A program made the position numbers and the translations under genes. A model generated the notes under the pieces. It did not search any database. It was not told where the DNA came from and saw nothing but the letters and a program-made list of their open reading frames with translations. From NCBI GenBank assembly GCA_965113315.1, contig OZ220370.1: DNA of 64,000 bases; one strand, 5' to 3'. The stretch is from Podarcis vaucheri. Lineage: Eukaryota. Shown here in pieces: positions 1-12,796 of the stretch (position 1 is its first letter; every line of letters begins with the position of its first letter).

Positions 1-302
1 TGCTCTTCTCTGTGATACTGCATTCCATTTCCACCCCACCCACCCCAACAGTCAGTCAGGATTCTGTGGCCAGGCCATAATTGAATATGCTCAGTCTTAT
101 TCATTAGTTTGTTTTGGGGAATTCCCTTGGACTTTCCCTTCTGAAGATTGCTCTTTATAATTCTGCATACAAAACTCGCCTCTTGCAAGTAGATATTGAC
201 ACTTTGGCTACAGAAGGACTGAAACTTATATCTCTAATTTGGAAAGAAAGCCTTAATTCCTCCCCTCAATCTCTTTCAACTCAGACTTGCTAACATATCA
301 GA

Positions 303-351
<49 letters not shown>

Positions 352-505
352 TATTTATACCCCACCCATCTGGCTGGGTTTCCCCAGCCACTCTGTGAAG
401 CTTCCAACAAAATTTTTAAAAATACAATGCAACATCAGACATTAAAAACTTCCCTAAACAGGGCTGCCTTCAGATGTCTTCTAAAAGTCAGATAGTTGTT
501 TATTA
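303..505 (-). mobile_element. LINE 3' end (L2-like) with (AAT)n tail
   Basis: (AAT)n 303-352 followed by a block repeated at 40396-40475 (opposite orientation) and 56915-57160. Confidence 0.65.
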
Positions 506-996
506 TTAGCTAAATTGTATGCCCCCCCCACACACACCTCAGCCCACATATTATAAATGAGCCTTCTCCAAGTGATGCTCTCCAGCTGTTTTGGACTACC
601 ACTCCCATCAACCCCAGCCAGGCTCATAGGAGCCAACTCCAAGGGGGTGAGGTCCCTTCGCCCCCCAATAAAATATTTGAGCCCCCCCCCCAGTTGATGG
701 CCATTGCCATTCAAATGGTGTGTGTGCTGAGCCTTGTGATTGATTATGTGGGGCAGGGTTTAACTGGACCCTCCAATATTTTATTCAGGTTGGCACCCCT
801 GGCCAGAGTGATGGAAGCTGAATGCACCATGTTGAGGGTGATTGTTGGAAAATTACCATCCATACAGATGCTCAGATGACTGTGTTTCTCATAAAGCTAA
901 CCTGTCTTTTATGTAACTTGTAAAACAGAGTTTTATTTGACTTTCATTCATATATATTTTAAAAGACGTCTACTGTTGCTAGTTTGCTGTGAAATT

Positions 997-2385
997 TACA
1001 TTGGGTTCCCCCCATCATCATCTACATTTGTCCTTTTGCTTTTGCTCCTCAAGTTCCCAATCTTTTTAACCTGCCAAAAGCAGTCTAAGTAAATTGATGA
1101 TGCTGGGAACTTTGGGGCAAATCTGCCTGCCCACGTGCACTCAAATAGAGGAATTCAACATAGTGCTATGTTGATCATTCTGTCAGGGCAAACATATCGC
1201 TTTGCCAAACAGAACAATCCTCTCCTAAGCATGCTGTTCTGGAGTTTTGCCTGACACAACCCAAGTCAATTTTGGAGGTGCAGGAAACAAACAGGGAGAT
1301 GAGGGGAGAAGCCCCTTATGCAAGTGGAATGACCGCTCCCCGCTTAAAACGGGGGGCGCCCTTTGCGTGGACGCACGCAGCCCCTGGATCTGGAGCAGCT
1401 CCATCAGCATAGGCTTGGTTTGCCTTCCCTCAGGTGGGATACCTGGAGGTCTCCACTTACCTCAGTCAGTTGTCCAATCCCACCTGGGGGAAGCGTTACC
1501 AAGGAGACCAGGCCAGGTAGGGGAGGGATTACCTGCCCACACAATAGAGGGAGGATCTTACCTGGGAATCCTCACTTGGCTCCAGAGCTCAGTGAGACTC
1601 AGTGAATCTTGCCCAAAAGAATTTGATCTAAATTTAGTTGAAGTTAATAGAAAAGGCAGGAATCCAAAGTACTCTATATACACAACCAGATGCTTCTCCC
1701 TGAACATCTGTTCATGCTTTGTTGGAGAGTGCTCCCAAAGGTCTACCACATTTGAGATGTGACTTGTCAGTCAGGAAGAAGGTAGAACCTCTAAAGCATC
1801 CCAAAAGCCACATCCCTTTGTGGAAAACCTTGTGGTGGGCACATGCAAGATCCAAAGTGTTGGGGGTAGAGGGGAACAGTGATGGTGATTCTTACCTTTG
1901 CATCATAGGCTACATTCCAGCCACACCTAAGTCAGGGGTTTCTATAAGCAAATAACTCCATCCTGCATTCATGCAAGGAAGTGGCATTTTCACAGTGCAA
2001 GGGCCTGTTCCAGCCAGATTAAAACATTCAAGGAGGGTGTGGAACAATACTAGTGAGGGGTGTGGCCTGCAGAGGGGTTGTGGTCTAGGGAGAGTCCCCA
2101 GGGTCAGAAAGAAGGACCTCCTGAGCTTGAAGTTCTCCACCATTTCTCTAAAGTTTTGTTGTGTGCGATGCCAGCATGTTGTCCTTTGGCTTTGGGGCAA
2201 AGTTATAACTGAAGGTCAGTAAGAGAATGAGCTGAATAGTTGTCTGAAGACGGGTGATAAAAAAGCTGTGTGTTTCTACTAGTTCACTCAGCAAGCATTC
2301 CCTCCAATACAATCTGATACTCCAAGAACAATGGCTTGCATTTAAAGAGGAGGAAGAAGCTGTCTGAACACGTGTGAAGAACACA
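997..2385 (-). other. Unidentified decayed coding-like element
   Basis: Higher GC than flanks; four consecutive near-open minus-strand frames joined by frameshifts and stops. Confidence 0.4.
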
Positions 2386-3450
2386 CAGGGGTTGCTAACC
2401 TTTTTGGCCCCATTTGAAAGCTGGGGAAACTGTTGTTGGCCACCGAAACCTCACTGCAACAAAGCACTCCCCACAACCTATTCTATTCATTACAGAGTGT
2501 CATCAATATGCAGATGACACGCCAACTCTGTTCCAACTGAGTCAAGAGAGGCAGGTGAGGTGTTAAACCAGTGCTTGGAGGCAGTGATGGGTTACCTGTG
2601 GACCAATAACCTGCAGCTGAATCCTGAAAAGAGAGAAGTGTCATGTGTCCCAAGTCCTCTGGAAGGAGCAGATCCATAATCTGGGAGCGCTCCTTGATTC
2701 AACACTGTCACTGGAATCTCAGGCGGCCTCTGTGGGTGAAGGGTGACTTATCAATTGGAATTGTTGTTGTTGAGTAGGGGACCCTGTAGGTGCCCAGGAT
2801 GGTGTGTGCAAAAAAAATCACTAATGAAATTCTTGGAGTTGACTTACTTTTATTTTTGTTAGTAGATTAAGACATGGCTGACTGAAATTTCTATGGTCAC
2901 ATGAGCATGATCTCATTTTCATCTAATGTTTGCATTCTGTAAAAATCTCTGGTGTGAATATAAAGATATCTCTTTGCACAGTGTACTGCTTTTAAATATG
3001 CAGCCAACATGAGGACAGGCCCTTAAAAAAATCTGCTTGTAACCTGATGCATATATTACAATATAGATTTAGGGAGTTTTTCACTGACTTGCATTTCACA
3101 TTCATGAATAAAATGAGAAATTGTTCTTGTTTTGGCTATTCGTTATACAGATGCTTGCAAATTCATATTTACATATTGCATTCCCTAGTAGTGAGAGGTG
3201 CATGAAATGCATTGGTTTAACTGAAGAGGTGGCAGTAATGTGAAGGAAAATATACAAGAGAGGGAATGGACCTGTGCAAGGACACTGTGGAATCAGATTC
3301 TTACTTTTAATCTGTATACATTTTAGCAATATGAAGGCTGAGCATGCAAAGTTTGAAAGATATCGATGAGATGGGTTTCTATGAGCTCTATAAGTGGGGG
3401 GAAATTAAGGTGAGCTTTACGCTGACTGTTCTTTCTTGTTCCACTTCTAG

Positions 3451-3489
3451 GTATCCTTGGAGTTCAGCACTGCTGCTTTTCATGTTCAG
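3451..3489 (+). CDS. DSG1: Desmoglein-1-like exon 2 (end of signal peptide), VSLEFSTAAFHVQ
   Basis: ttctag acceptor, cag|gtaatt donor, 39 nt, phase 0/0; resembles the short desmoglein exon 2. Exon 1 not found in window. Confidence 0.8.
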
Positions 3490-3975
3490 GTAATTTAATC
3501 ACCACAGTGTTATTAGCAGCACACCATATGCTTATCTAGTTAGACAATGAGACTTAGGCTCAATGAGACTTACTCCCAGGTATGTGTAAATATCAGGGAG
3601 TAGGGTCTATTTAGTACAGTGGGACTTCTGAGGGTTTTGTTTGTTTTTGTTTGTTTTTCAAAGCATAGGATCACTATGTAAAGCATCTATTTGCTGGTGT
3701 GTCCCACAAATCTATTACATATGAATCAAAGACTTGCAGACGAAACACCCTATTTTGAACCGTTACATGAAATTCAGCCCTCCTCCAGCTCTTCTTACCC
3801 ACCATACACATCCTTTCCTGGACATGGGCCTTATTTTCACATGTTCCTCCTGTCTCCTTCAGAACCCTGACCTTGAGTCACCCACTTTTCCATCAAACCA
3901 CATTCAATATTCAGAACAACTGGTCCTCATGGTGTTCAGTTAATCCTTTTAATGCTCATGTTCTGTTTATTCAAG

Positions 3976-4104
3976 GTGAAAGAATGGGATGAAAAAGGCG
4001 TGGAGAGATGGAAAAGCCACCACAGGCAGAAACGAGAATGGATTAAATTTGCTGCAGCCTGTAGAGAAGGGGAAGATAATTCAAAGAGGAATCCAATTGC
4101 AAGG
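3976..4104 (+). CDS. DSG1: Desmoglein-1-like exon 3 (propeptide, furin site RQKR, mature N-terminus [23 protein letters not shown])
   Basis: Mature N-terminus matches DSG1/DSG4 type with Trp2; aag acceptor, gtaagt donor; 129 nt. Confidence 0.95.
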
Positions 4105-5579
4105 GTAAGTTCCAAGCGAATCAGAAGAGTTCAAGACTTGTAAATTACTAAGCAACACTTGTAGATTATCAAGCAAACAAGGCAGAGATCCTCCCATGTA
4201 CTGACTAAGTAGCAAAGTCCACTGGGCTTAAATAAATGACTCTGCAGTTTCAGTGTGCGAAACTTACAGCAAAGATCTGATAAAAGTTGATAATGAGGAA
4301 AAACGTAAAGTACCAACAACTTTTTTTTTACAGTCTAGGAGCTTTTTTTGGAAAGTGTGGTGTCTAATTCACACACACTCTCTTTAAAATGAAGGTTAGT
4401 TGTTTGACTAGGACTAAGGGTGCATGGGCATAGCCAGGATTTTTGTTAGGGGGCAGGCTTTTGTTGGGGGGGGCAGAACTTCAGATTTGTATTGTTTTTT
4501 ATTGATTGGGGGGACAGCTGCCCCCCATCCCCCTTTGCTAGGGTGGGAGTCAATTAAGTGTTACTCAGTATAGGCCTACTTTAATCCATTCATTTCAGTC
4601 GATCTATTCTGAGTAAAATTTAGTTGACTTGCTACCATAATGGTTTGTAACAAGACACAGTGCTGGAATCTGTTTTCTTCTTCAAGTTTGAGTCCGGGGG
4701 GGCAGGCGTAATAATAACTAAAAGTGTCTCTCAACAACTCTGCCCTCCCCCCTAAAAATAAGATCAGCATCTCTGACCTCCCCCCCTCAAAGAAAGCTCA
4801 AGAACTCCAGGCTCTCCTTAAAAAAGCTCAGCAACTCTCCCTCTCCCCCCCCCAATGACAATGGGTTGATCACTGCCAGTTGTTTTATACTGGGAGTAGA
4901 TTGCAGTCTCTAGGGAGTTGGACGGGCCTGCAATAAATGATACACTGGCTAACAACCTGAAGTTGCAGCTGCTGGCAGGAGAAGCCCCTCCACAGAGTTC
5001 CACTCCTGCAGTGCAAGGAGCAGAGGAAACTCTTGTCTGTTCCCCCATCCTCCTACAACTCATTGTGCCCCTTCAATTTGCCCTGGAGGCTTGGGGGATA
5101 TAATCAAAGTTAGTGCTACCTCCCCATCCTCTCCTCTCATGCACTTACATCCTGGTTTCACATTTTGATGAAGAAACCAGGATGAAACCACAGTTTGCTT
5201 TTTGGAGATAGCGGGAAACCATGGTTTAAAGAAACAACAATCAAAATGTCACAGCTGGTGTGTGAGGAGAAAGGGGGATTGGAAGGATGGGGATGACACT
5301 GCAGGAATGACACTTGCTCCTAGGTTAATATACCATGGTTTATTAAGCCAAGGTCTACATCTAAACCAGCACCAAAGTATGCCAGCTTCATGAAACAAGT
5401 AGCAAAATCTTCCCCTTTTTTTCTCAGTACACTGCTGATATGAGTAGGCCATCTCACGAGAATGTTCCTTCAATATAGAGCCATTCGTACACATTTAAAT
5501 AAAAAATAAATAAATACATAAGTAAATCTAGGGTTGAGGAAAAACATAGCTAATTTTTGTTTTTTGTTTTCTGTTGCAG

Positions 5580-5735
5580 ATCCGATCAGATTGTGAAGAA
5601 ACTCAGTCACTTATATACAGAATCTCTGGAGTAGGAATTGATCAGCATCCCGTTGGAGTGTTTATCATTAATCAAAAGACTGGGGAAATTAATATAACAA
5701 AAATAGTAGACCGAGAGGAGACACCAATGTTTGTT
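5580..5735 (+). CDS. DSG1: Desmoglein-1-like exon 4 (EC1), IRSDCEET...[11 protein letters not shown]
   Basis: Cadherin YRISGVG and DRE motifs; tgcag/gtaagt; 156 nt. Confidence 0.95.
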
Positions 5736-6161
5736 GTAAGTACTATGTGTTTGCAAAACTATAACGTCTTTTCCCTCTATTACTTAGAACTAGAATATCT
5801 GAAGGGCATTATCTTCCCATATTAGTCTATTTACTTACTAAGGTTACCTCAGGCTGCTAACCATGATGACTATGTTCTACTTCCACTGTCTTCTGATGGC
5901 TATGTTCTACTTCCACTGTATGCTTCTGAATGCTAGTTCCTGGAAACCACAAGGTGTGGGGGGGAGTGCTCTTGAACTTGGTCCTGCATGCAAGCTTCCC
6001 ACGAGCATCTGGCTGCCCATTGTGAGAACCGGCTTCTGGACTAGATGAGCCACTTGGCTAATCCAGCTGGGTTGTTCTTACATCCCTTAACATTGCAGAT
6101 GCATCTGGTGGGAACTACAGGGCCTTTTAAGGAGCAACCACATACCGTGTTTTTCCGTGTA

Positions 6162-7389
6162 CAGTGGTGCCTCGCAAGACGAAATTAATTCGTTCCGCGA
6201 GTTTTTTCGTCTAGCGAATTTTTCGTCTTGCGAAGCATGAAATCCCATAGGAATGCATTGAAATTCAATTAATGCATTCCTATGGACGCGGGTGGCGCTG
6301 TGGGCTAAAGCCTCAACGCCTAGGGCTTGCCGATCGAAAGGTCGGCGGTTCGAATCCCCGCGGCGGGGTGCGCTCCCGCTGCTCGGTCCCAGCGCCTGCT
6401 CACCTAGCAGTTCGAAAGCACCCCCGGGGGCAAGTAGATAAATAGGTACCGCTTACCAGCGGGAAGGTAAACGGCGTTCCGTGTGCGGCTCTGGCTCGCC
6501 AGAGCAGCGTTGTCACGCTGGCCACGTGACCCGGAAGTGTCCCCGGACAGCGCTGGCCCCCGGCCAATAAATGTGAGATGGGCGCACAAACCCCAGAGTC
6601 TGTCAAGACTGGCCCGTTTGGGCAGGGGTACCTTTACCTTTACCTTTATGGTCAAAAAAAGTCCAAACAAAGCCAAATTTGGTACAACAAGAGTTTATTA
6701 AGTGCTCTTTAAAGTCACACATACTGTAAAGAGCATTTCAAAAATTGAAGGAACAATAAATTAAGTTTCTAAACATGACAGAAAAACATTTAAAAATCAA
6801 CAAAGTGTACAGTACATTTTCTAACACTCTGGGGGACAACTCGAAGAAGGTTCCTCTTCCACTCTTTGCTTCTTGCTGAAGAACCCCCTCCCCAACTGTT
6901 CCCCCAGCCACCCACCACACAGAAATTCAAATCCAGAATTTTTTTTAAAAAACAGCAGAGTGGCCCAATGGTCACAGAAAATCATAAAAATGCAGAAAAA
7001 AACCACACAAGCTTCCAGATTCTTGCAAACCCCTCCTCAACACCAAGTCCTTGAATTCCAAACACCCCAACTCAAAATCCAAAAACCCCCCAAAAAAGTT
7101 TTAAAAGTTTAAAAGAAGTTTTGGAAAAGCTTCAAAAATCACCAAAGTCTTCAAAAACCTCAAAAAAGGCTACCACACCGCGTTCTATGAGTTGCTCCTC
7201 GAAGTCAAGTCGCAACTGTATTAACGGTGTTAAGAAAAAGGAAACAAACTTGCAAGACGTTTTCATTTTTCGTCTTGCGAAGCAAGCCCATAGGGAAATT
7301 CGTCTTGCAAAGCAGCTCAAAAAACGGAAAACCCTTTTGTCTAGCGAGTTTTCTGTCTTGCGAGGCATTCGTCTTGCGGGGCAACATGG
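6162..7389. mobile_element. Non-autonomous Tigger/pogo-like DNA transposon
   Basis: TIR CAGTGGTGCCTCGCAAGACGAA / TTCGTCTTGCGGGGCAACATGG, TA duplication, subterminal TTCGTCTTGCGA repeats. Confidence 0.8.
6284..6648 (+). mobile_element. Sauria SINE (young subfamily)
   Basis: tRNA-like head GGTGGCGCTGTGG / GGTTCGAATCC, (ACCTTT)n tail. Confidence 0.92.
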
Positions 7390-7750
7390 TATAAGACGTC
7401 CCCATGTATAAGATGACCCCTATTTTTTTAACCCAAAATTAAGAAAATGCACTATGCACTATCCATATATAAGATGACCCCTTATTTTAAACTTCAAAAA
7501 TTTAGGAAAAAATATAGTCTTATACAAGGAAAAATATGGTAATTTCTGGGACTCCTTTGTTGTAGACTAACGGTGATGATTTCATAACATAAGTGACTAT
7601 TGGACAATTATTATGGAGGTTTTTTATTCATTCTGCTGTTGTCACTCATTTTATTTTTAGTGCTGATTTTGTTGGTTATGCTTGCTTTGTTGTTTCTCAC
7701 TGGTATTCACCTTGAAAGGCAGACTGTATTTTATAATACATTGTTGTTAA

Positions 7751-7784
<34 letters not shown>

Positions 7785-7904
7785 CCTGCAGTATTTTTAA
7801 ATTAGATTTTTTTTTATCTAACAAATGAATAGTTTTAAGTATTTTGAATACTACATACTCCTTCTGAGTTAATCTTTGATTTTTTTTATTATTTCTTAAT
7901 GCAG

Positions 7905-8052
7905 ATTAAGTGCTTTGCTATAAATGTTGTGACCGGACAATCAGTGGAAACACCACTTGACCTTCGAGTCCGGATTCTGGATGTAAATGACAATTCACCC
8001 ATATTTACACAAAGTGTGTTTTCAGGGTCAATTTCAGAGGGCAGCATGGACA
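7905..8052 (+). CDS. DSG1: Desmoglein-1-like exon 5 (EC1-EC2), IKCFAIN...DVNDNSP...SMD
   Basis: DxNDN motif; gcag/gtaagt; 148 nt, phase 0/1. Confidence 0.95.
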
Positions 8053-8638
8053 GTAAGTACATTACACATTGTAGCCATTTCTGCCACTGGATAAAATAAG
8101 TATGCATCTGTCTTTCTCATCATGTTCCATTTCAATCTGGGATTCCTCACCCACCCTCATTCGGTTGCCCTTTCCCCATTTCTATGCACTTCTACTCAAA
8201 AATAAGCCTCATTGTGTTCAATGGGGGCTGCTCTTGGGTGGGTTTAGGATTGCAGACCAAAACCCTGTGTCTGTAGAGTAGGGATCTGGGAAACTGTAGT
8301 CCCTCCAGGTGATTGCTAGACTACAACTCCCATCATTCCTCAGAATTGGCCATGCTAGCTGATGGGAACTGGAGACATGGGGGGGGCAGAAGTTCCCTGT
8401 CCCTGCTTTAGAGAAATAACCAAAATGATGCATTTTAAAGGCACATCAGAGTTTGCTACATTTGTAGGGCAGCAGATTAGCAGAGACTGGGGAACTTCAT
8501 TGAAACATACCTAACATTTTGGAAAATGCCTCTTAGTAAGATATTGGAGAATTCACAAATTATGGCATCCTTACAGTTTTAATAAACTGAAGTGCAGCTC
8601 TTAAGGTTTTGTTTGAGTGGTCCTCTCCTTCTTTCCAG

Positions 8639-8802
8639 ACACATTGGTGATGAAAATAACTGCTACAGATGCAGATGAGCCAAATAACCTGAATTCCAAA
8701 ATTGCCTTCAAGATTGTGAGTCAAAATCCTGGAGGTCCATCAAAGTTTATTTTGAACAAACAGACTGGAGAACTTCACATTGCAAATATCCTTGACAGAG
8801 AG
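8639..8802 (+). CDS. DSG1: Desmoglein-1-like exon 6 (EC2), [25 protein letters not shown]...LDRE
   Basis: ATDADE and LDRE motifs; ccag/gtaaaa; 164 nt, phase 1/0. Confidence 0.95.
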
Positions 8803-9395
8803 GTAAAAATACATTGCTTTTCCTGAGAAATACCACAGTTTGTATGCTAGGGGAAAGAGCTATTCAGGACTTAAGAAAGCTTTCTGAAAAGTCAGCACAA
8901 AATAATTGGCTATTGTGCATCTATTCAAGAAGAGAAAATCAGCCGGGGGGGGGGATCAGAAAGATAATATGGGTTGAAGTGACAGATATGCAGAAAGCTG
9001 TAACCTTGTGCATGTTTACCTGGGAGTAAATGCCATTGAACTCTGCATCAAAATTGAATGAGGTTGCGAAAAATGATGTCAATGAAATAGAGACGAACAA
9101 GACACTTAAAATGCTTCATAACTTTTCCCATTACATCACATCATAGGATCCCTCCAGACAACCAGTTTATTGAGAATTCATCCTGATTTTCTTGCACAAA
9201 CCTTACACTGAGGTTCACTTATATCCTCTGTTCTTTATTCAGGCATTATTCTTATTTGTTTGCAGGGCTGTTAAATGAAAATTCATCCTTACACTTTTCA
9301 ATTCACTTCCCCCTTCACTTTCAAGCACAATAAGTTAGATTCTTTTTTAAAGGGGGGGAGATTTGTTTACTAGCACTTCAGTCCACTTTAATTGT

Positions 9396-9756
9396 GGGAC
9401 GCGGGTGGCGCTGTGGGTAAAACCTCAGTGCCTAGGGCTTGCCAATCGCATGCTCGGCGGTTCGAATCCCTGCGGCGGGGTGAGCTCCCGTCTTTCGGTC
9501 CCAGCTCCTGCCCACCTAGCAGTTCGAAAGCACCCTTAAATGCAAGTAGATAAATAGGTACCGCTTTATAGCGGGAAGGTAAACGGTGTTTCCGTGTGCT
9601 GCGCTGGTGCAGGCTCGCCAGAGCAGCTTCATCACGCTGGCCACGTGACCCGGAAGTGTCTCCGGACAGCGCTGGCCCCCGGCCTCTTAAGTGAGATGGG
9701 CGCACAACCCTAGAGTCGGACACGACTGGCCCGTACAGGCAGGGGTACCTTTACCT
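9396..9756 (+). mobile_element. Sauria SINE
   Basis: Same head, body and ACCTTT tail. Confidence 0.9.
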
Positions 9757-9915
9757 AAAGTTCAAGTACACACCCGAATCCCTCCCACAAAATATGGTCC
9801 ATGTAAAACACTTTCCATGATGAGATTAAAGAGCACTACAGTGTAGAAGTGTGCTTTCTCACTAATGTGAATGTTTAAACGTTTGTCTTCCTTCCTTCCC
9901 CTCACTTTTATATAG

Positions 9916-10050
9916 GAACATGCAAGCTACAGTCTGGTTGTGAGAGCCACAGACAGGGATGGAGGTCCAGATGGAATATCATCTGAATGTTCCTGCGAGG
10001 TTTCTGTAACTGATGTAAATGATCAGTTTCCAACGTGTGCACAGAGCTCG
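9916..10050 (+). CDS. DSG1: Desmoglein-1-like exon 7 (EC2), EHASYSLVVRATDRDGG...DVNDQFP...SS
   Basis: Manual translation; tatag/gtaagc; 135 nt, same size as DSG2 exon 7. Confidence 0.95.
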
Positions 10051-10950
10051 GTAAGCTATTGACTAAAGCAGTATCACCAGCAACAATCAAGTCCACATTC
10101 TACAATACCTTCTAGGAGCAGGAACTAGAAGAGGGGTGTTCAGGGGTGGGTTTATATGCCTTTGGAAGTAGAAATGGAAGCAGTCCAGACTATCAGCCTA
10201 GTTTCTACTTTCCCTTCAAAAAAATAAAATGAATGGAAAATGAATCTGTATTTCACTGAAAGGAATACCCTACTAATGTCATATAACCTGCGATAATGTT
10301 AAGCTGACAACTATTGAGGCCAGGCTTCTCCAAGCTGGGGATGTTGCTGGACTACAACTCCCATCAGCCCCAATCAACATGGCTGATGGTCAGGGATGAT
10401 GGGAAATGCAAGTCCAACAACATCTTGAGGGCACCAGGTCGGGGAAGGTTGTTTTAGACCAACTCTCAGGAGTTGACCTTTCATAGCGCGTTCACACAAA
10501 ATAAAGGATTTTGCACATAAAAACATTTAGCGTTTCAACTGCATACCTAAAAGAATAGGTATACAGTATATTTCTAAATAAAACAAAGGAAAATAAAGTT
10601 TAATAGTGACTGCATGCTTGAAACCATATGATTTACGAACTGATTTGTAAATGCAGGAAATGAAATACAGAGTTACATGGAAGATTGTCTACACATACTA
10701 ACTGTTGGTGGGCAACAGTTAGTATCATATCATAAAATCATATGGCAGAGAACCAAAGAAAATAAATAACTAGGAGGGAGTTGAGGGGAGTTACTCTATA
10801 TTGAGCTGCTGAGAACAACAAAATATGCAAAACAAAAAATGGATTGGTGGGATTACCATAGCAAGCTGAGTTGTGTTTTGATTCATTGCATTTATATATT
10901 ATAGTTTATTTTTCCCAATTAAAAAAAAATAAAGTCCTCAGTGTGCTTCA

Positions 10951-11346
10951 AAAGGTAAAAAAGGTAAGGTAAAGGACTCCTGGATGGTTAAGTCCAGTCA
11001 AAGGTGACCATGGGGTGTGGCACTCATCTCGCTTTTCAGGCTGAGGGAGCCGGCGTTTGTCCACAAACAGCTTAGTGGGTCATGTGGCCAGCATGGCTAA
11101 ACCTCTTCTGGCGCAATGGGACATTATGACAGAAGCCAGAGTGCACAAACATGCCATTTACCTTCCCGCCACAGCAGTACATATTTATCTACTTGCACTG
11201 GTACACCTTCAAACTGCAAGGTTAGCAGAAGCTAGAATAGAGCAATGGAACCTTACCCCATTGCATGGATTCGAACTGCCGACCTTCTGATCAGCAAGCC
11301 CAAGAGGCTCAGTGGTTTAGACCACAGCACCACCTGTGTGTGTCCC
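10951..11346 (-). mobile_element. Sauria SINE (older, diverged)
   Basis: AAAGGT tail at left, diverged body. Confidence 0.85.
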
Positions 11347-11626
11347 ACAGCTATCAGAGAGAGCTTTGACCTTCTAAAAACACTTTTCTTCAGCTTGCTG
11401 TGGTTATCCCAGTCACCCACAGATTGTTGTGCACTATGCCATAAGTAAGCATAATACTCTTTCATTCCGTACAGCTAATTGTATCCATATGAGTGACAAA
11501 TGATACATATCAGACCATTAGTGTTCATAGCAAGTTTGAAATGAGTAGCAGCCATGTGCAAACTGCCTTTCGAGTTAGTGGGAAACCCATGCATGCATGT
11601 CAACAATTGTTTTCTTTCTTTTCTAG

Positions 11627-11812
11627 TACGCAATTACCATTGTAGAAAATACACTCAATCAAGAGGCTCTGAGAATACAAGTTTTTGATTTAGATCAAGA
11701 GTATACAGATAATTGGTTTGCAGAATTTTATTTTATCTCAGGAAATGAAAATGGCAACTTTGACATAGTCCTAGACAGAGCAACTAACGAGGGTATCCTG
11801 AGGGTTATAAAG
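11627..11812 (+). CDS. DSG1: Desmoglein-1-like exon 8 (EC3), YAITIVENT...DLDQEYTDNW...SGNE...TNEGILRVIK
   Basis: Manual translation; ttctag/gtatga; 186 nt, same size as DSG2 exon 8. Confidence 0.95.
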
Positions 11813-12796
11813 GTATGAATTTTCCTATTTTCATTGAAAGTCAAATTCTGATCCTATAACTGTTTATTGAAAGTAGAAAATATCCACTCTTTTTCATATT
11901 GTCCAAGAAACACAGAGTGAGAGATAACTGTAGTCTCTCAATAAAATAAGCTCTAGAGCAGGGGGTGAGGAAACTGGGGCCTTCCTGATGTTGCTGGACT
12001 ACAATTCCCATCATACCTGCCCATCCAACTGATGGGACATGTCCAACAACACATGCAGAGCCACAGGTTCCCCATCTCCAAACTTCAGCTTTGCTTCCCA
12101 ATTGACTTGCTTTATATAGTGCCTTAATTCATCTCCGTGTTGTGCACACATCAAGTGTGCATGTTTGCAAAGGGGTATCTACACAATCAGCAGTCCTGCA
12201 TGGGACATGGCTACATTACTTATCTGCAGACTTTCACACTCAGTGTATGGATGTAGAAGGTCAGTGATATGCATGATTCTGGGGGTGATATCAGCGGTGC
12301 TCCCCAGATTTTCATGCTGCTCTTTTGCAGGTATGACAAAGAGCCAGGGCTAGAAATGCAGTTTTGCCACATGTGTCAGGTTCTTAATCAACCACACAGG
12401 ACTGTGGACTGACAGTGGCTTTTCATGTTTCCTGCATTTTTTGTGTCATCTGTCAACATCTGTGCTCTGTCTGAAGCACATCTGGGGAAACTTCCTGATT
12501 CATATGTAATCTATGGAATTTATTAAACAGATTTTAAAAAAACAGAATGATCATAAGATCGTTTGACTGCTTTATTTGGATTTGACTTGTATGTGCTGGC
12601 TCTCCTTTTCGCTGCATTCAGCTTTTCTGGAAGAGTCTTGTTATGCAAGCAGCAAATGATTTTAATACAAGATACTTTCCAGCGAATGGCTTTCTAACAA
12701 TAAAAATGCTATGTGTATGATAAATGGATGTGCATAATACCTTGTGTAAAGGACCAGAGAACAGCATGCATTACACCGTTTCTTTCTTTGTTTTAG

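Larger units (their letters stand above)
6145..7539. mobile_element. Tc1/mariner-superfamily MITE (CCGTA-type TIR), interrupted by nested insertions
   Basis: TA-CCGTGTTTTTCCGTGTA...TATACAAGGAAAAATATGG-TA; intact relative at 23172-23332. Confidence 0.75.

Noticed and set aside
6289-6365. tRNA-like A/B boxes
   Set aside because: SINE heads, not tRNA genes; no complete cloverleaf.
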